Position numbers and translations under genes: made by a program. The notes below the pieces were generated by a model. The model was not told the DNA's origin. It saw nothing but the letters and a program-made list of their open reading frames with translations, and searched no databases. 64,000 bases of DNA from Camelus ferus (taxonomy: Eukaryota), in the NCBI RefSeq assembly GCF_009834535.1, contig NC_045697.1, positions 72,914,001-72,978,000 of the forward strand, in the 5' to 3' direction. This document shows positions 13,600 to 27,325 of this stretch, piece after piece (position 1 is the stretch's first letter; every line of letters starts with the position of its first letter).

Positions 13600-14150
13600 C
13601 AAAGTTATCAAATCATCAAGTGATGGAGACATGGAGGGGAATGGATTTGAAGTAGTTAGGTAAGTAGTTAAGTTTTAGGAGAATTGCTTTTGAAGTGCAT
13701 CTTAGACATCTAAGTGTAGATCACAAGCAAGCTTTTGAATATAGGAGTCTGAGATAAAGGACAGGTAAGTTTAGAGCTATAAATTTGAGCTATAAATATG
13801 TTTTCAACATATATAGACAGTGTTTAAGATCTTGGTACTAAACTTAATGAAGAATGTTACTGTGGTTACAGAAATTATCCAAAGATTGCATTCAGGGGTA
13901 CTCTAACATTAAAATGTCAAGAAGAAAGGGGAAACTACCAAATAAAATTCAGAAGAAGCAGCAAAAAGGCGTAAATACTAGAAGTCATGCAGTATATACA
14001 AAGCTGGAAGAAATAATCAACCAAGTAATTTGCTGCTGATACTTCAGGTACAAGAAAAAATAAAAAGAAAAACACACAATAAGAAAACAAAACAAATGTA
14101 TTGACCATCAGATTTAGCAATGTGAAGTGGGATGATATTGGCATATAATT
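13600..14150. mobile_element. LINE-2 relic (other L2 pieces at about 3000-3400, 4500-5000, 14700-15100, 40500-40700, 50400-51200)
   Basis: Degenerate L2 motifs such as tttgaagtgcatcttagacatctaagtgtagat and ccatcagatttagcaatgtgaagt. Confidence 0.6.
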
Positions 14151-15139
14151 CTGTGTTCAGAGATCAATAGCTATAGATAGATCAATAGATATATCACATA
14201 TAGATATAAGTATAGATTATATATAAGTAAATAGCTTTATAAGAATTTATTCTTGTGGTAGCTGAGTGGGCAGAGTAGGCAGTTGGGAAAAGAAGATGAA
14301 TGTGAAGTGGAGGAAAAAATTTCCAACTGGAACCGGCAAAGATTAAGTAAAACTCAGTAGAATCAACTAAAATCCTTAGTGCCTCTCATGCTTCTAGCCT
14401 CCAACTTGAGCGCTGTAAGTATATTACAAGAGAAGCTGACACTTCACAGAGCTAAGTCCGTGCATAAAGAATCAGAAGAACTGAGGGGGATTCAAGGGAG
14501 CTGGGGTTGCTACAAGAAAGCTAACAAAGTGAACCAGCAGGTAATCAGCAGTCTGTATGAGATATAACAATGCCTCATGCTCTGACCTTCCCAGGTGTAT
14601 GTATTTCATTTCCACTTTCTTTTCCATTTTCCAAAGATTGCATACAATGTTTATTGTGACCCATAACTCAGAATCATGCAGGTAAATAGATTCACCTTAA
14701 CTAATCTAATACAAGTACACCACACTTGATAAGCCTTTCAATGTAATAACGTGAACAAAACACATAAATTTAAATTTACATGGGAAAGTGGAAATTTACA
14801 TGGAATTGGTGGAAATATAGGCAGTTCTTTCAAAGAATATTACTCTACTAAGGGAAGCAGAGAAATGGAGCAATGTTGGAGGGGAGGTAGGGCAAGAAGG
14901 GTTTTTTTAAAACTATGAGTGGAATGGGAGCGAATTTGTATGTTAATACATATGAGCCAATAAAGAGGGAAATTTTAGAGAGAAAGGAGACAGAGGGAAG
15001 AAATGCTGATGAAATAAGTGTCTTGGATTTGAAAGTGGGGTTAAGATTCAGTTCACAAGAGGTTGGCCTTAGATCTAAGTGTACAGAATCTTTTTAAGAC
15101 AGACTATATTCAAAGCCACAAAACAAGTTAAATAATTTT

Positions 15140-16080
15140 CTTTCACCATATTAAATAAATTGGATTTCCACAAAGAAAACTTCAGTTCCAGATGACTTTA
15201 CTGGTGAATTCTACTAAACATTTAAGGGATAAATATTACCAATATTTATGCAAACTATTCCAAATTATTGAAGGGAAATGAATACACTCTGATTTATTTT
15301 ATGAGGCCAGCATTACCCTGACAACAAAACCATACAATAACATTACAATAAACTATAACGAGTAACCCTCAAGAAAATAGGTGAAGTTTTGAGCAAATGG
15401 ATTCCAACAATATATCAAAAGGCTAAAACATTAATGAACAAGTGAGAATTATCACACAAGTTTAAATTTGAGTCAACATTCATAGATCAACAAATGTAAT
15501 TAACCATATTAACCACTTAAGAAGAAAAACCATATGATTATCTTACCATATGCATAAAAGCATTTGACAACACCCTACACGCATTCTTCATATAAACATC
15601 ATAGCCACTTCCACAATTTGATAAAGGGTATCAACAAAAATATACAACTTTTACTTTACTTAATGGTGAAAACCCAAACACTTTTCTTTTAAGATCAGAA
15701 TCAAGGCACACATATCTCCTCCTATCACTTCTATTTGACATTGTGCTGGAGGTTCTGGCCTGCATACTAACATAAGAACTAAAAGGCATTGAAATTGGAA
15801 AATAAGTGCTCTACACTGCAATTTGACACAACATTGTAAAATGATTATAAATCAAAAAAAATGTTAAAAAAAAAAGAAATTGGAAAATAAAAAGACATGA
15901 TAGCCTATGCAAGAAATTTAGTGAAAAATATTTTTTAAAAGCTATTAGAATTAAACAAGTTTTGCAAGGATATAGTATATAAGACCAAGATATAAAACAA
16001 TTACATGTCTATATTCTTGTGATAAAAAATCAGAAATCAAGATTAAAAAATCATTAAACAGCATCAAATATAGAAGCACT
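15140..16080 (+). mobile_element. Old LINE-1 ORF2 (RT) fragment
   Basis: ccagatgactttactggtgaattctac (PDGFTGEFY-like), ttttatgaggccagcattaccctgac (FYEASITL), aaagcatttgaca (KAFD). Confidence 0.85.
15806..15875 (+). mobile_element. 70-bp young LINE-1 3' tip nested in the older L1
   Basis: gtgctctacactgcaatttgacacaacattgtaaaatg plus poly(A); perfect 15-bp TSD gaaattggaaaataa at 15791-15805 and 15876-15890. Confidence 0.92.
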
Positions 16081-18272
16081 TCCAGAATATCAAAGTAAGG
16101 ATTTCTGAAAATCTGCTTTTCATAAAAAGCAAGGATAACTGGCAAAATTTGTTAAAATCAACTTTTTCAGAACTTTGGAAGTTAACCAAAGGCATATAAA
16201 AATCCAGGGACCATTAATTCAAGAAAAATGGCTGAATTTTATAAAGAACCTTCCTATCTTTGGGAATGGCAGGAAGGGGGAAGGGAATGTCAGGACATTT
16301 TTCTATATTGCTAAGGACTCTGGTATTGCAGAAAAAATAATATAAGCATTGAAAAATGAATGGAACAGTGCCTCTCAATAACACATTAAATTATGTGTAA
16401 TAGAATGCCTTTCTAAACGATAATTTAAGATTTTAGCTTTATATTTTATAGGGTATAACTACAGAAGCTTGAATGTAAGATTTTTTTTAGTAAGGCTAAA
16501 TTATATTTACATAGATGAGAAAACAATTGTTTAAAAATTTGAAATTATTAACCAGATCAATTGTTTTGTCTATATAAAGCTGTGATTCATATTTCTTAAT
16601 ATCATAATTGTTTTAGGGAGCTAAGATATTTAAACATCAAGTTATTATTTCACTTCTATTAACTACATACATAGCACATTAAAAAACTATTTTGTCCTCA
16701 ATCAAGATAATTAAATATTTACTGAAAAATAATATCGTTAAAGAATAGGTAGATGTTTAACTGATATATTGCAGTTTTACCATGTAAACATTTTTTGTTC
16801 TGTAGTTAGTCTAGCTAGATGCTAAAAATTAAGCCAAATGATTTGATATCATAAAAAGCAGCCTGATCTGGGGACTCTGAACCTAACAATTGCTATTATT
16901 TTTATTAAAAAAATAGCTCCATACAGGAGCTTAGTTTGTAATTCAGTTTGTAATTTAATAGTTTGTGATTCAGATCAGTTAATAGAACTTCTGAATGACA
17001 TAAGCAGATAGAGTCTTGATTATATTTCCTCTCTGAAGTTCTTATTCCTAAAATCTAGAAAGTTAGAGAACAATGGTCTCAACATATTGAATTTGTAACA
17101 CATTACATTCTAGGAGTTATGCACTTGGAATTAAGACTCAACTTGACATTTCTGAACTTTATTAAATTTACTATCAGTCAGAACATTCTTAGAACAGAAC
17201 ATTTTCAGTGAGTCTATGGCAGACTATTTTGGTCTGGCATTTAGGACCCAATTACTTTGGAAGGCCGTTTGCCCATAGAAGTTGACTTATTCATTCATAT
17301 TCTGTAGCCAAAGATATCAGAGCTTTAAAAAAATGAACTCCATTCTCACTCTTTGTTTTTCATTAAATGATCTTTATCATTAAACTTATATTTCTGAAAC
17401 AGTAACTTCCTTTGAGATTACTTTTACTTGGGAAATACAGCAAGTACTAATGTACTTAATTAAGAAATTAAATTAGTGACATCATGAAAACTCGATTTTA
17501 TTGCCCACTAAGACTTAGGCAGTGTTCAAACATCCTTAGTGAAATAATTAGCCGCTTGATTCCATGTGGTCTCTCAATAATTAGATTAGCTATATTGTTA
17601 TTTCCATGGCAAGAATATGGATTAATGAAAGCAAAGATTTGAAAGGCTGAAGCACCAAATGCCTAAAGACTATATGGTTGCGAGCTGTTTCTTCACCTCA
17701 GGTCTTTTGAACAAGTTACTGCCCTTCTGAGCATTATAATGTTTTAATTTTAATTTTCTTTGAAAGCAGTCCAAGATTTTTATGGCGTCTCTTCTTCAAA
17801 AATAAATAACACCATTACATAAACTAAACTTTATGAAGAAACGTAATTGATGTCTAAACTGAAAAAAAACCAAAATAGATATTTTCTCCTTCCTGTGTTG
17901 TGTGTCCAATCCCGTTTTTCACAAACCTCTCTTAGATTATACATCTTCCAGCTATATCTAACATGCCACCTCTTAAAATCATCTCTTATCCTTGCCACTG
18001 TCATACAGAAATCTCTGCACTGGCTCCTTGAGGTCCTATAAATCAGATTTGCCTCCCCTTTTTAGGGTTTTACCATCTTGGTAACACTTTATATTTCCAA
18101 TACTCTTAACATTATTTCTTATTAAAGGAAAATCTTTTGTCTTATCAAGAAAATCATCTTTTTGTCACATTTAAATATTCTGTATCAGAGTTCTAAACTT
18201 CTCTTGTGCTATGGACCTCTTTGAAAGTCTGAAAGCCTATATACTTCCTGAGAATATATATTTTTGAATTCA

Positions 18273-18915
18273 GACTTTATTTGTTTAGAGCAGTTTTAGG
18301 TTCACAGCAAAAATGAGGGGAAGGTATAGAGATTTCTGATATATCCCCTCCCTGTCCCCTATGGGGTATAGCCTTCCCCATTATCAGTATTCCTCACAGG
18401 AGTGGTACATTCGTTACATTTAATGAACCTAAAATGACACATCCTAATACCCAAAGTCTATAGTTTACACAAGGGTTCACTCTTGGTGGTGTGCATTCTG
18501 TGGGTTTGGACATATGTATAATGACATGTATCCATTATTATGGTATCACACAGAGTAATTTCACTGCCCTAGAAATCCTTGTGCTCTACCTACTCATCCC
18601 TTTCTGGCACTTCACCCTCTGACAACCACTGCTCTTGTTACTGTCTCCATAGTTTTGCCTTTTCTGTAATTATATCATATAGTTGGAATCAGACAGTATG
18701 TAGCCTTTTCAGGTTGGCTTCTTTCACTTAGTAGTATGCATTTAAGGTGCGTTTCTATGGCTTTTCATGACTTGATAGCTCATTTCTTTTTAGTGCTGAG
18801 TAATATTCCATTGTCTGGATGGACCATAGTTTATTTACTTTCACCTACTGAAAGACATCTTCGTTGCTTACAAGTTTTGGCAGTTATGAATAAAGCTGCT
18901 ATAAACATCTGAGTG
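18273..18915 (-). mobile_element. L1MB/L1MC-type 3' end
   Basis: agagcagttttaggttcacagcaaaa...ggctttcttcacttag-type text...gaataaagctgctataaacat, typical of antisense L1M 3'UTR. Confidence 0.85.
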
Positions 18916-18974
18916 CTTGAACTTGACCTCTTTTCATTTGAGAAGACAGCTAAGTCTTCCCAGAAAGGTGGAGC

Positions 18975-19200
18975 ACAGTTGTAGTGATGAAGTGTGTGGG
19001 CACAGGGGGCCAGTGACCTGGGTTTAGATACTTTAGATAAATTGCTAACCCTCTGGATTTTAGTTTCCTTTTCTATAAAATGAGATTAAAAGTGTATTTT
19101 ACCTTAAAGAATGATGTGAATAATAGTTGAGATAGGCTTGTAAAGTGCTTGACACCAACTGGGCACAGAGTATAGTTCTTACTAAATGTTAACTAACAGC
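18975..19200 (+). mobile_element. MIR SINE
   Basis: ctctggattttagtttccttttctataaaatgagatt...tgtaaagtgctt resembles the MIR core. Confidence 0.7.
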
Positions 19201-20089
19201 ATGTTATGTTAACAATGATCATGATGATGCAAGTAGTATGATACTCTCCTTCCACTTCATTCAACACACCACTCATAGATTCATTTTCCTGGGGTACATG
19301 TTCTGACACCCACTCAGCAATTCACAGATGTTTTATCTCATAGGCACTTCATTTGAGTCATTGCTCTAGAAGCTGGGAATGCAGAAATGAATAAGATAGC
19401 GTTCCTCTGTTGAGTGGCTTACAGTCTCTCCCTCATGTTAAGGAACTTTCACTAACCTCTAGTTGCCTTTGGAACCAATTATTCTAAAGTTCTCATGTTT
19501 AAGGCTATCTGCTATATGCCTTTATAGTGGCAGTTTCACCTCATCTTTTACCTCTACTCCCCTGAGACCATCAAATTGAGTCACTTGCTGTACCTCAAAT
19601 GATCTTAAAGCTTTTCCATCTTTAAAGTATGTGCTTTTGAGAGCACTTTTAACTGTGCCTTAAGCTCTACAACCATTCTTCAAGTGTTATTTTACCCTTT
19701 ATTGAAATTTTATAACTAAATGCAAATTTTGATTTCTCTGTAATCACCCCACCTCAACATTACTGCACATTTTTGGTGACACTTTATTTAGCCTCCTGAC
19801 TTAATTATATAAATATGCATAGTTGTTTTTTGCCTTCTGACTCACATTAGCCATTATTATAAACACCTAAAGAGCTGTAACCATATCTTGTATATTGTAA
19901 GCCTTTTAGCACCTGGCAAAATGCTGGTACATAGAATAGGATAGTAGTTTATCATTTCAATAAAAACAAATACATTCAGTCACTGCATTAACATCCTATT
20001 GAAAGCAAATATATCTCTTTTTTGATATGAGCTATGAAGCAAAGGGGTAATTTTTCTCCCACATAGTTAAGGTATCCTATTTTGATGGA

Positions 20090-21850
20090 TGGTGAAGGCC
20101 ACTACTTACCCACCATTATCCATTCTTCTCTTTTCCCTCAATAACATAAGTTCTAGCTGAGTACATGACTGCCCAACTGAAGGCTAGATATCTCAGTCTC
20201 CCTTGCTGCTAGGTGTGCTGATACTACTGCATCCAGGCCAGTGAGATGTGAGCAACAGTGATGTGTATGAATTCCTGGCTAATTTTAAAGAGCAGGTAGG
20301 CACTCTTCCTGGTCCCTGCTCCTTTTTCACTGGCTGAAATGTGGTTTGGTGAAGCCTCCTGTGAGTGTGTAGATGGGAGTGATGAAATAAAATTCATATT
20401 TTAAGGCAAGACAAGAAAAATTTAAACATAAAATTTTTCTCTGTCCTTTTGGGCCTCCTCCTTCCTCTCTAGTGTGCATCCATCTGTGTTATATGTTAAC
20501 CAGACCTCCCCATGGCAGAAATACTACACAACTATAAAGATCAGTTTTTCTTCTTTTGACGCCAGCCAGCCATGTAACTCCTTGGAAGCAAACATTCTTT
20601 TCTCAATCCTGTAAGGGATCACAATGACCCACCTTGTACGTGCAGATATCTTGGGTGAACTTTATGTGCACTGCTAACATATCATTTCCCTTAAAGATAG
20701 TGATTGGTACAGAACAAAATGGATGAGATGAATTGGAGAGATACTGGGCTGCACCTAATGACAGTTCTTGGCGTAAATACTTACTTATGACTTTATTAAT
20801 GTTATTAGCTATATTGTGTACATTCTACCCATTTTACAAGATTATTGTTTCTTGCACTTACCAAACACGTGACTGAACATCCTATAAAAATAATGAGCAG
20901 TGGGCAACTTGAAACGATTGACCTCATGTATAGTTCTACATGATCTATGATTGTAATACTGTAACTCTAGCTATGGGAAGAAGCATCAAGAGGAAACCAG
21001 TTTCTGGACCATAACAGACTAGTAAGACAGGTGGTCCAGAGGCTCTTCGCTACTATTAACAGGGCCTAGTCCAGTAATAGCACACCGAGTGGCCTATCAG
21101 TGAAGTCCTTGCCTGACCTGGGAATGAGCGTTCCTACCACTGTGGGACAAATTTGTCACAAAATCCCTCCCAAACTTTGGTTGAAATGAAGGCCAACAGG
21201 GAGGGGATTAAAAAATAAAGAATGTTGCCCACCATCTGATTCTACAAGAATCAAGTCATTAGCTACTGCAGTCACTAACCTGCAATACACACTGAAAGGA
21301 ATTCAGGGCAAAGATCAGGATGAGGCACTTTGTGCTCTGGGAAAACAGGCAGAACTGGCTCATTGTATATTTTCAGGAGAAAATCTTAGGAAACCCAGTA
21401 TCTTGTATCTTCCTATACTTAGAAAAGCACTAAAATCATTAACTAAGGTGTCTGTCCCTTTAGAATAGCAGAAAACCTCTACCATGGTGTGTGCTTGATT
21501 GCAGTTACTCTTACCCCTTAGCCAAAATCACATGCATACTGACCTCCCCCTTAGTCTTCAGAACAATCCTCAGAGCTTTCTAAAAGACTGTCTTCCAGAT
21601 AATAATCCTCAGGTTAGCTCAAATGAAATTTTCAATTTCTTTCTTAGATTGACTATTGATTACTCTTTTCATTGACAGGAGCAATACCAAGGGTTAATGA
21701 GAACAAGATAGGAAGAGCCTAGGTGTCTGATCTCAGGCAGTTAGCAAACCAGCCTGGACTTCTTATGCCCAAACTCTCATGTAAAAGAAAAATGAACTTT
21801 TACTTTGAAGAATTTTCTGTTTTATTTGTCTGTTATAGCAGCCTAGCCTC
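20090..21850 (+). mobile_element. Old MLT1 (MaLR) LTR split by a younger LTR
   Basis: tctcagtctcccttgctgctaggtgtg...ggccagtgagatgtgagca upstream of 20380 and gttatagcagcctag downstream of 21681. Confidence 0.65.
20380..21677 (+). mobile_element. Long (1298 bp) ERV1-type solo LTR
   Basis: TG...CA termini; 4-bp TSD ggag at 20376-20379 and 21678-21681. Confidence 0.85.
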
Positions 21851-22301
21851 TATTAAAAATAAAATGACTTGTTAATAACTTCATTTTTAACCTTATACAG
21901 TTGCTATATATTGTTTTGAAGAGCAGAGGTAGCTTTAGATAAATATGCCAGAATCCTAATACAGAAATTTGAGATTAAAGGAGCAGGGCATTTTCACTTC
22001 TATGTACTAAAAAATAAAATAGTTTCAATATAGAAAGAAATCAGAACAAAAGTAGAAAATATTATGGGAAAATTTTCTTTTAAGTGAAAATATGTTAACA
22101 TATCCAAGATACCAAAGATAGCTGTTACCACATTTCTTAAGTTATATCTACTTAAAGTAGAATGGAAGAGAAGATTATTATTAATGACCCAGAAATTAAG
22201 GTCATTGTTAGTGAAAATGCTTAGGTTTTAGACCACGTCAAATTATGTCACTTTACACATAGCAAACATTAATGTATTATACTTAATGTAAAAATGACAA
22301 G

Positions 22302-22841
22302 GTAGGGCTGAGGAGGGGGAGTTTCCCCCTCTACCCCTCTTGAGTTCTTGTGGCTGGACTAATAATAAAATTAACACAAGACAGATTAGAAGGAGGAAAA
22401 GAAACAAATTAAATTTATGCACAAAGAGGTCTCATAGAAATAAGACCTAAGAAGTGACCAAAGCAGGCAGGTTTTACACTTTTTAGGCAAAGAAACAATT
22501 TGTGAGGAATTGATAGGACAAAGAAACAGGTTTTAGGCGCTCAGTTAGTGAAGAATTTAAGCGGGGTTTGGGCTTGGGGTAGTAAATTAAAGAAGTAACA
22601 AGATTTGTTTATATAGGCTTCTCATTCCCAGATTCCCTGCCTCTGGCAATACGATTGTCCTGTACCTCCAGGTGCAGGGAGTACGCTTTTCACCTGAGAG
22701 ATTCATTTCCTGCTTTCAGGAAGACACAGAGGAAGGTTAGAGTTTCCCTCTTGCATTAGCTGTTTCTTAAGTAACTTTAATCCAAAATAATCAATATGCT
22801 GTTAAGGCATATTTTGGGATGGTCTGCCCTGGGCCCCAGCA
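22302..22841 (-). mobile_element. ERV1-type solo LTR (MER34/MER39-like)
   Basis: caaaataatcaatatg...gcatattttgggatgg...ccccagca is the reverse complement of the ccaccccaaaat start seen at 24427. Confidence 0.75.
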
Positions 22842-23941
22842 GCAGCATAGTTTCTGGCTTTATTGTTCTATGGCTGACCATCAGATTCGTTTGTGGATCT
22901 TGTGTGACATCTTCCTATGATCCCCTGCAGGCTGATTTATTCAAAGATCTCTGAGGATGTCTCTGGGCTCCTGAGTCACATTTGCATTTTTTAAATTGCC
23001 AGGGGTTTTTGATGATCAGCAGTTTGAGTACTATTGCCGGAAGCAGAGTTCCTGTGCTCCAGACTAGGAACTAAAATAAAAGTAGAAAACAATCTTGAGG
23101 GATCTGTGATTTAATGTGATGAAATGAGACAAAGACTAGGAAGTAATTGAAAACAATAAACCACTCTACATCTTTAGAATATTGTTCTGTATAGGAATTT
23201 CAACGCTAAAACAGTTCTCTATCTGTGCAGTTTTATACAGTTCTCTAGAATTGTTTTTGTTTGACTTCTCAGTGCATAATTTTTGTTTGTTTTGGCTTTA
23301 ATTACTAACCTCTTTAAGCAAAAACTTCTTTGAAATTTCAGGTTAAAAAATGTGTGTATACAGATGAATACAAATACCTTCAAGGCAAAATAATACTTAT
23401 CTTGTAGCTATTCTCAACAATTAGGTATAACTAATTTATAATACTTCAATGAAACAATGTCAGCATAGATATCACTTAATTATGCAGGTTTGTAAAAAAT
23501 ATGAGTGACATTTTTGTCAATAAATGACAAAAGAAAAGCCCTTCTAAAACATGGTGCTGCAGAAATATTTGTGCCACTAAAACTACCAGATTAACAGTGT
23601 GATTTGCTAATTACTTAAGGTATATTTGTGGGGAATACACATTATCAATATCCCTTTGATTAAATTAGTGATGGACTAAATCAATTGACTTACTTTCTTA
23701 AATCCTTCTTAGGGATTGGGAAATTACAAATTAATAAAAAATTTAAAATACCAGTTATTTTCTTAGTGTAGAACACATAGTGAGTGTTCAACATTTGTTT
23801 CAAATATACTTTAGCTGAATTTGATTAGAGCAAATATTAAACTTCTGAAGGGAAATTATTAGACTACCAAAAGTGTTTGCCCCATTAGATTTGTAAGTTT
23901 GCTGAAAGCAGGAGCAATAATAAAGTCCAGATTCCTAATAC

Positions 23942-24386
23942 TGTGAAGGAAAAGCTGGGCTGGTCTAACAAGATAACTCACAGGTCTAGGAATGTGAAGG
24001 AGAGGCTGGGCTGGGCTAACAAGTCTAAGTATTGGAATACTGATCTGAGTTCTGCTGGACTAATTTGTAAATCTAAGTTAATTAGTGTTGGTTTGCTGTT
24101 TATGTTTTTTTGCTAGCCAGCTGGATTTTCAAAGATACATATCTGGCTTTGGAATGTTGGTTTGCTGCCTCCACTTTTGTGATGATAATACTGCTAAAGC
24201 TGTTCCATGCCTATTGGCCGAATACCCCAAGCTTGTACTTTACCCTATAAAACCTCATGTGCACATCTTGAAGGTGCTCAGAGCTTCGGAGCAGAAGCCC
24301 CTCTGAGCCCGCCGGCGTAATACATCTGAGTACTCCAACCCTCCGAGTGGTGCTTGTTTCTTGACTGGCCTGTTGTTTCCGTAACA
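23942..24386 (+). mobile_element. Relatively young ERV LTR with duplicated 5' terminus
   Basis: TGTGAA...GTAACA termini, cctataaaa TATA box, retained CpGs. Confidence 0.8.
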
Positions 24387-24426
24387 TTTCAACCCATGTA
24401 GTAATATGACTGACCAAAGAATAAAC

Positions 24427-24937
24427 TGTAGAGAAGCAAACTTTGCCACCCCAAAATGTGTCTTTTTTACGTGAGGGTTAATTTAGACTGATTATTTTTA
24501 AGAAGCAGAATTCTCAGGAAGATTTTCTTGTAAAAACTCCCTTAAATGCCTAAAAGAATTTAAATAAAGGGATTGTTCCCAGAATAGAGCCATCATCAGA
24601 GAAATCTGCAAAGAATACAGGCTAGATGTGGGTAAAGGCAGCTGTGTCTGTCTCTGCAGGACCCAGCAAATACTTGCTTTTTCATCTCCATGTGAATTGC
24701 TTTCCTCCCCTTTGAAGTCCCAAACCACTACCCTAACATCCTCTTTTGTCTGAAGGTGACATTTAAAGTGAGGATTTCATTCAATTTGGAGAATTACTTA
24801 GTTTCCTGAGTCTCTCCCATAAATACATGTTATTAAACTTTTGTCTAATTTTCTCCTGTTAATCTGTCTCAAGTCAATTTAATTAGTCCAGCCAGAAGAA
24901 CCTAGAAGGGTAGAGGAAAATTTCTTCCTCCCTGACA
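24427..24937 (+). mobile_element. ERV1-type solo LTR (MER34-like)
   Basis: tgtagagaagcaaactttgccaccccaaaat start, attaaa signal, ttcttcctccctgaca end. Confidence 0.8.
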
Positions 24938-25149
24938 ACCCACAAATAGGGTTGTTTGCCATTTGATAACCCATAATTATAACTGCAGAGAAATTCATGT
25001 GCAAGATTAAAGATAAAGACTTTGGCCACTCATTCTATTTGAAATCATTAAGCAATTATACTTCAACATGCATTGGGGAAGGAATTAAAGAGAAACAGAC
25101 CAAGCTGCCAGGTCAGTTTGTGTTTTACTTCGATCATTTAATTGCTTAC

Positions 25150-25339
25150 ACTGATAAAATGAAGGTTTCGTCTTTCTTCGGGGCAATCCTTTGGAAGACA
25201 GGACTCCTGGTAAATCTTTACTCTTTCTTTCAAATCCAAATGATGTATATGCAATAGAAATGAGATTCAACTAACCATCAAAGGCCACGGGGATTTAATT
25301 AGCTATCACCACAGGACTTCTTTGCTCCTCCAAGAGCCA
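25150..25339 (-). pseudogene. Exon remnant pair 25310-25339 (30 nt) and 25150-25226 (77 nt): GSWRSKEVL*KSKDLPGVLSSKGLPRRKTKPSFYQ
   Basis: ccttaacag acceptor and gtgata donor; 83-nt intron; gaaag acceptor and gtaagc donor; junction codon TG|A. Confidence 0.5.
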
Positions 25340-25641
25340 CTGTTAAGGCAAAGATTAGATTAGCGCGAGATTAGATTAACACAAAATTTGATTAGCACAT
25401 TGTTCTGTATTAACAACTTTGAGTAAATTTCTTTGTATTCTCCTAGTGAAATTTTGAACTCAGCACAAAGGACTTTACAACTTTAGCACACTCTTTCACT
25501 GTACTTACAATATTGTTCTACTCTGGAGTAATTTGAATTACAAATAGGGCTAGGAAGAAACTCCTAAAATATTGAGACTTGTGGCTTACTCAGTGATTTT
25601 CTATTGCAAGCAAATGTATACTTGACTTTAGCACATACTAT

Positions 25642-26176
25642 AGTTAGGTAGTTAGGTAAGTGGGGACACCGGACAGATAGGTAGAGGAGAGGGAGGATGG
25701 TTTGCAAGATGGCATTATGCCCACCTCCAGCATAAGGGACTTGACTTCTAAATGAGTGCCAGCAAGAAACTGGTTAAAACCCAAGAGCTATGACCGCATG
25801 GTGGCAGAAAGGACTTAACCTGACACACCCCAATGTTCATTGTATTATACCTAACATAGCGGTTTAGCGCCCCCCCTCCATGGATTTTTCTGTATACAGC
25901 ATGGGTAAGGACATGCACAAAGGGGCCAAACATGACTAAGCTTTCCAGGAACAAGAGCCATCAGTGAACCAAGAGACCACCTCTAAGCAAGGGCATAAGA
26001 GAAAGGGGACCAACGCTTTTCCTCCCTTGGATTGCCCACTTCCTTTTTTGGGGGATGTACTTTTCTTTTTTTAAATAAATCTTTAAACTCTTTAGCTACA
26101 CAATGCACCATCTCCTGACTGTAAACTTACCTTTTGGGTTCGACAAGAATTGGGGTCTTTACCTTTTGGTGTAACA
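25642..26176 (+). mobile_element. ERV1-type solo LTR
   Basis: Ends gtaaca; aataaa present; 4-bp TSD ctat at 25638-25641 and 26177-26180. Confidence 0.82.
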
Positions 26177-26288
26177 CTATGGCCAATCAGGTACCTGACA
26201 GCATTAATTTTTACAAATTATTTTTTATCAAAAAGCACATTGTTAAACTAGGATTGCACTGGACATGCTAGCATTTTCCATATCATAT

Positions 26289-26803
26289 TGTGCGGAAGGA
26301 ACACTAATATTCCCTTATTCCCAGTAATAAAAAGATAGACTAGTACGAGAAAAATAAACATAAGTTTAGTAACATGTATACCTCCTGTGTACATGAGAGA
26401 GACCTAAGAAAACTGAGTAACTCCCCTAAATGGCCCAAAGCCAGCACCTTCAATATCATTATGTAAATTTAGAGAAAAACTGATGTTGGTAAGGGAGGTT
26501 ATCAGGCAAAGCATAGTAAAGAAGGGGAAGGTTGTTTTATAGATTTAAGTCAGTTGCTATCTCTATTGATATGAATTTCTAGAGATTTAGTCATCCTCCT
26601 CTTTTTGGTACAGAGAGGAAGACACCCTTACAAATTAAGATTTCCCTTTTAAATGTAACTGTTCCTTTACCAACGGGTAACTTCTACTCAGTTTTCAGAG
26701 ACTTCCATGGTCTGCTCTTTTTTTTTATAAAAAAAATAACCAGCTCAAGATAATCCTTATGCAAAAAAACATATTTTCAGGTGGCAAATTCTGTTCCTCT
26801 TCA
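26289..26803 (-). mobile_element. ERV1-type solo LTR (MER34/MER39-like)
   Basis: gataatccttatgc...catattttcaggtggcaaattctg...cttca, antisense to the family start motif. Confidence 0.7.
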
Positions 26804-26987
26804 ACGTCTATAGCCTCTACTCAGGAAATTGTTTTTCTTCCTGCACCAGTAAAGGCACAGGACATTTTTAAAAATTCACCTCACCTCCATCTTCCCAGTC
26901 TTACTAATGAAGCAATGTCTTAGTAGCAGATTGGTAGTTTTTCTTTATTGGAAGTTTTCTCTTACTAGCGTGGTTTTCCCTTACTAG

Positions 26988-27325
26988 TATAAAAAGTTAG
27001 TAAACAGAAACCTCAATTAAATAGTCAGGAGACCAGAAGGGGAGCTGTCATGCCCTGCCATGATAGCAGAACCCAACAAGAAGAAGAAAGACTCCTCTTC
27101 TTTTCTGGCAAGGACTCCACCAATGAGAAGCCATGGACTCTGTTTACCATAGCCCTCCCAACTTCCATTTTCTCTATATAAAATGTTTGCTCTCCCTTGA
27201 CCTTGGGGAGAGACTTGCAGGTGGCTTGCCATGGTTACAGACCTTGAATTGCAATTTTTGCTGATCCTGAATAAACTCATTTTTGCTGGAGAAATATCTG
27301 GCAGTCTGTTTGTTTCAGGTCAACA
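26988..27325 (+). mobile_element. ERV1-type solo LTR
   Basis: tatataaaa TATA box, aataaa, ends tcaaca; 4-bp TSD ctag at 26984-26987 and 27326-27329. Confidence 0.82.

Noticed and set aside
17696..17794. Possible minus-strand exon
   Set aside because: The donor half resembles MIR sequence and the phase does not fit the chain
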